Shown one piece after another: positions 1-7,481 of a stretch of 45,378 bases of DNA (the first letter of the stretch is position 1; each line of letters starts with the position of its first letter). The translations under genes and the position numbers were made by a program. The notes under the pieces are model-generated. The model was not told the DNA's origin and did no database searches. It worked only from the letters and a program-made list of their open reading frames with translations. Source of the DNA: Candidatus Cloacimonadota bacterium (GTDB taxonomy: Bacteria; Hydrothermota; E44-bin80); contig DAOVSH010000003.1 of NCBI GenBank assembly GCA_030633565.1, positions 1 to 45,378 of the forward strand, written 5' to 3'.

Positions 1-441
1 GTTTCGTTTATTATTGTGTGTCCTGTTGCTCTTGTAATGGTTGGTTTTCTGTGTGTTCTTTTTTTTCCACGTGCATTTATAAATGTGCAGAGTCTTATGG
101 GGGTGCTTCTTCTCGGTGGTATTGTGGTAAACAATGCAATTGTGTATATAACCTATACAAATCAATTGCGTCGGGAAGTCGGATTACCACTTCTTGAAGC
201 GGTTATTGAGGCTGGGAGAGTAAGACTAAGACCAATTCTGATGACTGCCCTGACTACCAGTTGTGGTCTTATTCCAATGGCTCTTGCAATCGGCTCGGGT
301 AATGAATTACGTGCACCAATGGCACGTGCTGTCATCGGTGGTCTGATGGTTTCAACATTCCTTACCCTTGTCTTCATCCCAACTCTCTATGTAATAATAG
401 AGCATAGGAGAGAGAAGAAGTGTGTTGAGGAGAGAAAATAA
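1..441 (+). CDS. RND efflux transporter permease (AcrB/AcrD/AcrF family), C-terminal part; 5'-truncated by the window
   Basis: Frame is open from base 1; motifs GIVVNNAIV, RLRPILMTALTT, GLIPMAL and VIGGLMVSTFLTL are typical of the last AcrB TM helices. Confidence 0.95.
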   Translation, partial: VSFIIVCPVALVMVGFLCVLFFPRAFINVQSLMGVLLLGGIVVNNAIVYITYTNQLRREVGLPLLEAVIEAGRVRLRPILMTALTTSCGLIPMALAIGSGNELRAPMARAVIGGLMVSTFLTLVFIPTLYVIIEHRREKKCVEERK

Positions 442-465
442 TTGTTTTATTAGTTACATTCCTAT

Positions 466-518
466 TGTAGGGGTAGATCTTGCACCTGCCCTTTCCCTTT
501 TGGGTATGTCCCCCTACA
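466..518. repeat. GTAG-type REP-like palindrome pair
   Basis: TGTAGGGG (466-473) and its reverse complement CCCCTACA (511-518); internal stem GGGTAG...CTGCCC follows the GTAG tetranucleotide. Confidence 0.6.
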
Positions 519-545
519 TTTGGTTGTTGAGTTTATTGTGTTTCG

Positions 546-653
546 GTAGCCGCAGGCTCTTGTCCTGAGCCTGTAATGAGGTATTCGAACTGCTGCAAAG
601 TTCTGAGTTTGTCCTGAGCCTGTCGAAGGGCGAAGTCGAAGGATCAGCCTGCG
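546..653 (+). repeat. GTAG-type REP interrupted by nested TTGTCCTGAGCCTGT(CGAAGG) repeats
   Basis: GTAGC-CGCAGGCT (551-558) pairs with AGCCTGCG (646-653); 15-bp direct repeat TTGTCCTGAGCCTGT at 560-574 and 609-623; followed by a T-run, so it may also act as a terminator. Confidence 0.7.
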
Positions 654-804
654 TTTTTTTTTTCATTTTCAAATAATATTGAACCTTTTGCTTTAGTTAT
701 GGGTTATAATAATAAAAGATTTTTTCTGCCAATAGAAGTGAAGAAAAAATTCTAATTATTAGTTGATAAATGCAAATTAAAAATATTATGGAAAGAAAAA
801 ATTA

Positions 805-2127
805 ATGAGGAGGGAGAAAAAAATGAGAATGATAAGAGAGAAAATTGTTCCTTATTGGATTATTCTTATAGTACTTTTTTTACTTCTCATCATACCTTTA
901 CAAGCTCAGAAGATTGACTTAAAACAACAAGCTATAGATGAATTCAAGAATGGAAACTATCCTGAAGCAATTTTACTTCTTGAACAAGCTGTTTCTAAAA
1001 ATCCAGATGATGCTGAAATTTATTATAATCTCGGTTATTATACACATTATCTTTGTTATGATTCACGTCCTTTAAGTGGATTTAATGAAAGAAAATCTGA
1101 CGAAATATTAGAGTATTTGAATAAAGCCATTTCTTTAAATCCGATGTATGGAAATGCTTACTACTTTATTGGAGTTGAGCATGGTGTTCGTTTCCTCAGT
1201 GCTATGATAGAAGGCAATATTGAAAAAATGCGCACTGAAATCCAAAGTGGGTACGAAAAGAAAGGATACCCAGATTGGTTAGTTGAATACGCCCAAAATA
1301 TGTTAAGCTCTTGTGCTCCAAATGCGATTTTATTTACTGGTGGTGATCCTGATACCTGGGCTACTTGGTATCTTCAGTTTATTAAGGGTTATAGAACAGA
1401 TGTTACAGTCATTCCTGTAGGTTTGTTAAACAGACCAGCTTTTGCTATAGTGTTAAAAAGTGGTTTCCAGGATATTATTCGCAGTGTACCGATTAGCTGG
1501 AGTAATGAGCAAATACTTAATATGCATCCTTACAAATGGAAAACAAGAAAAATTGAAATACCTCTAAAAAAGAGTGAGTTAGAAAAGTTTAATATCTCCC
1601 TTCTTGATAGCATAATGGAGTGGGAATTAGAATCGAATTTGTCATCAGATTCACGAACATTCTTAAGTGCAGGGCGAGCTCTTCTGGCAGATATCGTAGA
1701 AACAAACAACTGGGAAAGACCTATTTATTTTTCTGTAGCTTGTCCTGGATTAAATAAAATAGGTCTCGATAAGTATATACAACTTTGTGGGTTAGCCAAT
1801 AGACTTCTTCCTATTGAGACTGAAAAGTATGAGATAGCCATTAATCCACAAGAAATTGAAGCAGCTCTATTACAATCAGAATCCTATCAAAAATTCTGCA
1901 GTGTAAAGAAATTTGATATTCCTCGAGCATCCGCTTTACTAAATAATTATCAAGCTGTTTTATTACGTTTGGCAAAATACTATACCGAAGAAGGTAACAT
2001 AAATAAGGCAAGAGATATTTTGAGTAAGATGGACAAATATATTTCAGAATCCTGTTTTTCCTTTCATCCTGGTTTGAAAAAGTTAAAAGAAAATCTCCAT
2101 AAAAGTATAAAAGAAGTCGAGAAGTAG
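805..2127 (+). CDS. Exported TPR protein with a C-terminal region resembling the periplasmic part of DUF2723/TMEM260-like proteins
   Basis: Signal peptide; TPR helices (GNYPEAILLLEQAVSKNPDDAEIYYNLG); motif LSSCAPNAILFTGGDPDTWATWYLQ...GYRTDVTV and NNWERPIYFS; start may be one of several nearby ATGs. Confidence 0.8.
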   Translation: MRREKKMRMIREKIVPYWIILIVLFLLLIIPLQAQKIDLKQQAIDEFKNGNYPEAILLLEQAVSKNPDDAEIYYNLGYYTHYLCYDSRPLSGFNERKSDEILEYLNKAISLNPMYGNAYYFIGVEHGVRFLSAMIEGNIEKMRTEIQSGYEKKGYPDWLVEYAQNMLSSCAPNAILFTGGDPDTWATWYLQFIKGYRTDVTVIPVGLLNRPAFAIVLKSGFQDIIRSVPISWSNEQILNMHPYKWKTRKIEIPLKKSELEKFNISLLDSIMEWELESNLSSDSRTFLSAGRALLADIVETNNWERPIYFSVACPGLNKIGLDKYIQLCGLANRLLPIETEKYEIAINPQEIEAALLQSESYQKFCSVKKFDIPRASALLNNYQAVLLRLAKYYTEEGNINKARDILSKMDKYISESCFSFHPGLKKLKENLHKSIKEVEK

Positions 2128-2209
2128 AGAAAAGTATAAAAGGAAGCATTAGAGAGATTAATAAATGATACTTATATGTTTATATCAGTTTATCCTTTTT
2201 AAAAACAAT

Positions 2210-2251
2210 GTCATTGCGAAAAAACTTTCATACTATCTGTTGAAGCAATCT
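2210..2251 (+). repeat. GTCATTGCGA...GAAGCAATCT dispersed repeat, copy 1
   Basis: 37/42 identical to the reverse complement of 43250-43291. Confidence 0.85.
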
Positions 2252-2338
2252 TGATTTTGGAGTGAATCAAGTCTCCTTGTTGTGGTGTTTAAATCGTCCT
2301 TTCAACAGGCGAGGCTTCCAGCCTCACGTTCCGTATTC

Positions 2339-2520
2339 TTCCTCTCCCGTAAAATTCAATCTTCTCCCCCTTGATGGGGGAGAACTAAAGAGGGGGTGAG
2401 AGATTATTCACCCTCACCTTTACCCTCTCCTCCTCCTATGTTAAAACTTCGGAGGACAGGAACTTCGACGAGCTTTAATCGACCGAAGCCTTGGCGTAGG
2501 TTGGCTTCGAGGGAGAGGAA
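2339..2520. repeat. Composite palindromic repeat (nested hairpins)
   Basis: Outer 10-bp IR TTCCTCTCCC/GGGAGAGGAA; 9-bp stem TTCTCCCCC-TTGAT-GGGGGAGAA (2362-2384); inner 18-bp imperfect IR 2435-2452/2483-2500. Confidence 0.75.
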
Positions 2521-2530
2521 GTTTTCGAAA

Positions 2531-2578
2531 AGGGACAGGTCCCTATGGATATGTATTATTCCAGGGGGACCTGTCCCT
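2531..2578. repeat. 48-bp hairpin with AGGGAC...GTCCCT ends (possible miniature non-autonomous element)
   Basis: 19-bp IR with 2 mismatches (2531-2549/2560-2578); terminal hexamers equal those of the Y1 element at 35141-36164. Confidence 0.65.
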
Positions 2579-2648
2579 CCTCAACAATAAAATGAGGATT
2601 TTCGTCTCATTATGTGAGTTATGCAGATAAGTATTAAAAATTATTTTC

Positions 2649-2677
2649 TTGACAACTAAGGACGGGTTTGGTATTTT
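2649..2677 (+). promoter_or_regulatory. Putative sigma70 promoter of the peptidase gene
   Basis: TTGACA-N17-TATTTT with TG extended -10, about 110 bp upstream of the ATG; GAGAGG RBS before 2785. Confidence 0.6.
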
Positions 2678-2784
2678 TATAATATATTTCAGAAACAGAG
2701 AATACGTATGAACCTGCAAAACAATAGAATGTCGGTAATGTTGTTCCTTCTGTATAATAAATTTCAGGTTTAAAAGAGAGGTGT

Positions 2785-5715
2785 ATGGAAATGAAAAGTA
2801 TATCTATAATTTTCATTATTGTTGGTTTGGTGGTAGTGTTTAATTTTGCAAATGCCAGACCAGTTTTGGTCGCAGTTGAACTTAATGATATAAACCAGAT
2901 AAAACTGTGGCAAACCCAGAATTATCAAACCTATGAGTTCTTAAACAAAACAGTAATTGCTGAAGTAGATGAATCACAGATACCGATATTGGAAGAACAG
3001 GGTTTTATCTGTTATGTGATAGATTATATGCCCTGGAGTGAAAGCTATTTCATTGGCAAATTACCAGAAAATGTAAAAGTCAAATTACCAGGAGAGATAA
3101 TCTGGCAAAAAGATGAAATCCGAATTCTAAAACTGTCAGAATATGAAGTAACATCCCTTTTGAGTCTCTGTTTAAGATTCCGTCCCCTCAATAGGACTGT
3201 TTTTCCAGAGCGTTTCTGGGAACAGGTATTGACCAAAATAGTTGTAAATGAGGGTATTGGCTGGGATCCTTTTATCCAGAGCCTTGTGGATCAGGTAAAC
3301 ACAGATTCTATTACTTCTTACATTCAAAGGTTACAGGACTTTAGAACCCGCCTTGCTTTAACTGACAGTGGTTTTGCATCCTCAGAATGGGTGTTGCAGA
3401 AGTTTAACAGTTGGGGCTATACAGCAGAATTCGACAGTTTTTATATTGACAGTAATAGCTTTTGGGGAAGTTGGCCCGGCACGGGATATGACAGAAATGT
3501 AATAGCAACGATTAATGGGATATTGAATCCATCAAGAATTTTTTTTATTAGTGGTCACTTCGATGCAATAGTTATATCAGATACTTCGATTGCCAGATTT
3601 TTTGCTCCAGGGGCTGATGACAATGCATCAGGAGCATCTGCTACTTTAGAGGCAGCAAGGATATTCAGTAACTATTCGTGGGAACCAACAATTAAATTTG
3701 CATGTTGGGGAGCTGAAGAACTCGGTTGTATCGGTAGTGGTGATTATGCACGGCGTGCTGACAGCATGGGGCTGGATATTGGAGGTATTGTCAATTTAGA
3801 TATGATAGGTTATATGGATAATGAAGAAGTTGAGTGTAATATAATGCGCCAACACCAATTTTCTAAATGGCTTTCAGATCTATTCTATCTTGCAGGACAA
3901 CTCTATGTTTCAGATACATTACAACTCTATCAAGAAAATTGGCAAGGTGGATCGGATGATAGATCCTTTACTGCTTATGGTTACCCTGGAATCTGCGGTA
4001 TAGAACGATGGTGGTATGAAAATCCTCATTATCATGATACGACCGATCTATTAAGTACAATGTCACCTGTACTGTATATGAATATTACTAAGACCGCAGT
4101 AGCTACTATGGCAATCCTGGGTTTGTATCCTGGAATGGTTGAGGATGTCGGTGTTTATGATATGGGGGATGGTAATCGCTTGGTGGTGAACTGGTCTGTT
4201 AACAGTGAAGGAGATGTTATAGGCTATAAGGTTTATTGGGGATTAGAAAGCGAAGCATACACCGACACACACTTTGTTATGGGAATAGCCAGTACTACAG
4301 ATACCCTGACTGGACTTATGGCTGACTCCACCTATTACGTAGTGGTTAGAGCAATTGATACTGATGATCACGAAAGTTATCTTGCTACTGAAGTGTCCTG
4401 TGTTCCAGGGGAAATTCCTTTGGCTCCTGTTGGTGTAACTGCGGATCCAATTAACTCTGGAATCCAAATCTGTTGGATGAGAAACATGGAACTGGATTTG
4501 GCTGGGTATCGTGTCTATAGAAGGATTAATGAAAATCCGACCTATGATAGTTTGAATATCGCTTTATTAACGGATACAACTTATTCGGATATACCGCTAT
4601 CAGGGGAAAACAAATACTACTATGCGATTCGCTCCTTTGATACTCAGGGTAATGGTAGCTCAATGAGCAGTGAAGTATATAGTCGTCCCATTACCCTTGA
4701 TCAGGGTATTTTAATCGTGGATGAAACTAAAAATGGAGGTGGAATATATCCACCGGATAGTTTACAGAATCAATTTTATCAATATATCCTGGATGATTAT
4801 ACCTATACTGAATACGAATACGGCACATCAACTCAAATGCCTGTGTTCGCTGATTTTGTACCATATTCGGTAGTTTTATGGCATGCAGATGATTTTACTG
4901 AGTTATTGGCTTCAGAAAATGTTCCTGACTTGAAGTCATATCTCGATGTAGGTGGTAATCTATGGTTTATGGGTTGGAAACCCACATCAAATTTAATCAA
5001 CAATCCTGGATATCCTTTTGATTTCGGTCCGGGAAGTTTTATCTATGACTATTTGAAAATTTCTCATGTTGAAATATCTCCTCCAGGTGACCCATTTCTA
5101 TCGGCAGTTGGTCTCTTGACTTATCCACAGCTTGACGTAGACTCTGTTAGAGTACCTGTGCCAGCTTGGACGGGGACAATGCGTATGATCGAAGCCTTGA
5201 CATCTGTATCACCAGCTGAGGATGTTTATACAATGGATATGGAAGGAAGCAGTAGTCCTTTTGAAGGAGAGATTTGTGGGGTACGATATCTGGGAGCAGA
5301 TTATAAAACGGTCTTTTTCGGTTTTCCGCTTTATTATATGGATCAAGATCAAGCACGGTCAGCAGCACAAAAGGTAATGACTGATTTTGGTGAGCAGCCC
5401 GGGGTTGAGGAAGCAACTAAAGATAAGTTACCGGTTTTTAAACTGTTATTGGCTCAGAATAATCCAAATCCATTTAAAGGGAAGGCGGTTATCAACTATC
5501 AAATACCACATACTATGAATGTATGTCTAAAGGTTTATAATATTACCGGTAGGTTAATAAGAGTATTGGTTGATAGAAGGCAGAAGTCAGGTGCATATAG
5601 CATTGAATGGGACGGAAAGAATGAGGAGGGGAGGAAAATTGGGAGTGGTGTGTATTTCTATCGGTTGCAGGCTGGGGAACACAACATTATCAAGAAGATG
5701 ACAATAATTCGATAA
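2785..5715 (+). CDS. M28 family metallopeptidase with fibronectin-III repeats and a C-terminal T9SS type A/FlgD-Ig domain
   Basis: Signal peptide; M28 motifs GHFD, PGADDNASG, GAEELG, NLDMIG, YH; FN3 motifs (GYKVYWG, YYVVVRAID, GYRVYR); tail QNNPNPF...VYNITGR...WDGKNEEG...SGVYFYRL. Confidence 0.92.
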   Translation: MEMKSISIIFIIVGLVVVFNFANARPVLVAVELNDINQIKLWQTQNYQTYEFLNKTVIAEVDESQIPILEEQGFICYVIDYMPWSESYFIGKLPENVKVKLPGEIIWQKDEIRILKLSEYEVTSLLSLCLRFRPLNRTVFPERFWEQVLTKIVVNEGIGWDPFIQSLVDQVNTDSITSYIQRLQDFRTRLALTDSGFASSEWVLQKFNSWGYTAEFDSFYIDSNSFWGSWPGTGYDRNVIATINGILNPSRIFFISGHFDAIVISDTSIARFFAPGADDNASGASATLEAARIFSNYSWEPTIKFACWGAEELGCIGSGDYARRADSMGLDIGGIVNLDMIGYMDNEEVECNIMRQHQFSKWLSDLFYLAGQLYVSDTLQLYQENWQGGSDDRSFTAYGYPGICGIERWWYENPHYHDTTDLLSTMSPVLYMNITKTAVATMAILGLYPGMVEDVGVYDMGDGNRLVVNWSVNSEGDVIGYKVYWGLESEAYTDTHFVMGIASTTDTLTGLMADSTYYVVVRAIDTDDHESYLATEVSCVPGEIPLAPVGVTADPINSGIQICWMRNMELDLAGYRVYRRINENPTYDSLNIALLTDTTYSDIPLSGENKYYYAIRSFDTQGNGSSMSSEVYSRPITLDQGILIVDETKNGGGIYPPDSLQNQFYQYILDDYTYTEYEYGTSTQMPVFADFVPYSVVLWHADDFTELLASENVPDLKSYLDVGGNLWFMGWKPTSNLINNPGYPFDFGPGSFIYDYLKISHVEISPPGDPFLSAVGLLTYPQLDVDSVRVPVPAWTGTMRMIEALTSVSPAEDVYTMDMEGSSSPFEGEICGVRYLGADYKTVFFGFPLYYMDQDQARSAAQKVMTDFGEQPGVEEATKDKLPVFKLLLAQNNPNPFKGKAVINYQIPHTMNVCLKVYNITGRLIRVLVDRRQKSGAYSIEWDGKNEEGRKIGSGVYFYRLQAGEHNIIKKMTIIR

Positions 5716-5723
5716 ATTAAAAG

Positions 5724-5784
5724 TCCCCCTTTAGAAATGGGGGAAACCGACCCTATCCCCCCCTTTGAAAAAGGGGGGATAGGG
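5724..5784. repeat. Two adjacent C/G-rich hairpins (CCCCCTTT-nnn-AAAGGGGG type)
   Basis: TCCCCC...GGGGGA (5724-5744) and CCCTATCCCCCCCTTT-GAA-AAAGGGGGGATAGGG (5751-5784). Confidence 0.75.
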
Positions 5785-5805
5785 GGGATTAAAAATGGAG
5801 GTTTT

Positions 5806-7104
5806 ATGAAAGGCATATCAAGGCGTAATTTTTTAAGATATCTTGGTATTGGGTCTCTTGGGTTTCTTGCGAGACCCTTATTCCCATTTGCCCCAAAGGG
5901 ACGTGGTTTTCGTGCCAGTGATGTTGTACAGTGTTTTGATGAGAATGCGACAACCGAAGGTACCATTAATGAGTCCGTTGTTCAGATAATGATGGACGAA
6001 TCAATAAAAACATTAACAGGAATAAGTAATGTTGGGGATGCATGGAAATCAATATTTGGTGGTATTACTGATAGCAGTATAATCAGTATAAAGGTGAACC
6101 CTATAAACAGTGCGCTGCCCACTAATCCAGAGTTTGTAAATTGTATCGTTAATGGTCTTGCCCAGATGGAATTTGGCAGTGTGAATTATAAAAAGAATAA
6201 TATTATTATCTGGGGCCGTTCTGATGGAGACTTATCCAGTTCAGGTTATACAATCTACGACGGCAATGACCCGGATACGGTACGCTGTTTTGGAACAAAC
6301 CATTCTGGTGTTGGCTATGATTATGGTTATCCCCTTAATGTAAATGGCGTGACCAGTTATCCAAGCAGAATTCTAAACATAATGAGTGATTATGTTATAG
6401 ATGCAGCGATACTGAAAACCCTGGGTATTTCAACTGTAACGATGTGTTTGAAAAATCACTACGGTTCGATAAATAATCCTGGTTCATTACACAGTAATCA
6501 ATGTAATCCATATATCCCCTCACTTAGTCAACAGATTCGTGACGTTATAACACCTAACAATATTCAGAAGTTATTTATTATTGATGCACTATTTGGAAGA
6601 TACGCTAGCTCATCTAATTTTAATCCCAAAATGTTAATAATGAGCTTTGATACTGTTGCGTGTGATTATCAGGGACAGAATGTAATAAATGAAGAGCGTG
6701 CAGTCCATGGATATAACCCAGTAGACGCAGCCCACATAACGACTGCTACACAATCACCGTATAACCTCGGTACAACCGATATTAACCTCATTGAGATAGT
6801 CAATCCATCTGGTATTGAGGAAACAAAGATAATCATACCTGCAGATGGAACCTTGAAGGTTTTACCCAACCCATTCAGAAGGCAGGCAACAATCACATTT
6901 TCTCAACCACGGATATCCACAGTATACATTGATTTAATAGATACTTCTGGAAGAATAAAAACAAAAATTTATTCAGGACAACTTTCCCATGGAACTCACC
7001 AGATAGATTATACAATTGATAAGAAATTTCCCTCAGGCACGTATTTTATAAGATTATACAGTTGTGGCAACGTCCGGATTAAAAAGGTGATGATACTGAA
7101 CTAA
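5806..7104 (+). CDS. DUF362 domain protein with Tat signal and T9SS type A/FlgD-like C-terminal domain (paralog 1)
   Basis: Start placed at 5806 (GGAGG at 5797-5801; same N-terminus as paralog 2); SRRNFLR; IKVN and LKNHYG DUF362 motifs; tail PNPF...IDTSGR...SGTYFIRL. Confidence 0.85.
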   Translation: MKGISRRNFLRYLGIGSLGFLARPLFPFAPKGRGFRASDVVQCFDENATTEGTINESVVQIMMDESIKTLTGISNVGDAWKSIFGGITDSSIISIKVNPINSALPTNPEFVNCIVNGLAQMEFGSVNYKKNNIIIWGRSDGDLSSSGYTIYDGNDPDTVRCFGTNHSGVGYDYGYPLNVNGVTSYPSRILNIMSDYVIDAAILKTLGISTVTMCLKNHYGSINNPGSLHSNQCNPYIPSLSQQIRDVITPNNIQKLFIIDALFGRYASSSNFNPKMLIMSFDTVACDYQGQNVINEERAVHGYNPVDAAHITTATQSPYNLGTTDINLIEIVNPSGIEETKIIIPADGTLKVLPNPFRRQATITFSQPRISTVYIDLIDTSGRIKTKIYSGQLSHGTHQIDYTIDKKFPSGTYFIRLYSCGNVRIKKVMILN

Positions 7105-7110
7105 AAAGCA

Positions 7111-7174
7111 TCCCCCGATTCCCTTATCACCCCATCTCCTGATCCTCTGATCTCCTAATTCCCTGATGCCCTGA
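7111..7174. repeat. Degenerate 8-bp tandem repeat (consensus about TCCCCTGA, 8 units)
   Basis: tcccccga/ttccctta/tcacccca/tctcctga/tcctctga/tctcctaa/ttccctga/tgccctga. Confidence 0.7.
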
Positions 7175-7206
7175 TCCATCCCTATCTCCTTATCTTAAAA
7201 TTTCCC

Positions 7207-7260
7207 TTGACATTTCGTAATAATTAGTTATAATATAGTATGTCGAAAATAAAACGACAT
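7207..7260 (+). promoter_or_regulatory. Consensus sigma70 promoter followed by a palindromic operator-like site
   Basis: TTGACA-N16-TATAAT (7207-7234); ATGTCG-N9-CGACAT (7240-7260). Confidence 0.7.
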
Positions 7261-7264
7261 GTAA

Positions 7265-7435
7265 AAATACGAATTATGTAGTGTGGGAAATGGACAAAGA
7301 TCTGTGAATCCAGAATGGAATGGACCATGGCAAATAAAATCCGGGCGCGAAGATAATACCTGGATACTGGAAATAAAGATCCCAAAAGCAGGACTTGAAC
7401 CTTTTAATGGAAAAGAGTGGCCATTACCCGGATAA
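7265..7435 (+). pseudogene. Gene remnant resembling a CBM9/DOMON-like domain fragment
   Basis: 56-codon open frame KYELCSVGNGQRSVNPEWNGPWQIKSGREDNTWILEIKIPKAGLEPFNGKEWPLPG; W-x-x-E-I-x-I-P is typical of CBM9-like domains; no convincing RBS or start. Confidence 0.5.
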
Positions 7436-7481
7436 TTTCGGTATAATCGAGTTTGAGTAGGGAAATTTTTCAGGAGGTATT

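Noticed and set aside
2396-2590. 64-aa ORF (PSPLPSPPP...)
   Set aside because: Lies entirely within nested palindromic repeats; translation is typical of repeat-derived spurious ORFs
2680-2784. Riboswitch in the peptidase leader (also considered 7261-7481)
   Set aside because: No recognisable aptamer consensus; an Rfam/Infernal search would be needed to exclude it
5737-5805. N-terminal extension of the first DUF362 ORF
   Set aside because: Encoded by a hairpin repeat; the RBS and identity with paralog 2 place the start at 5806
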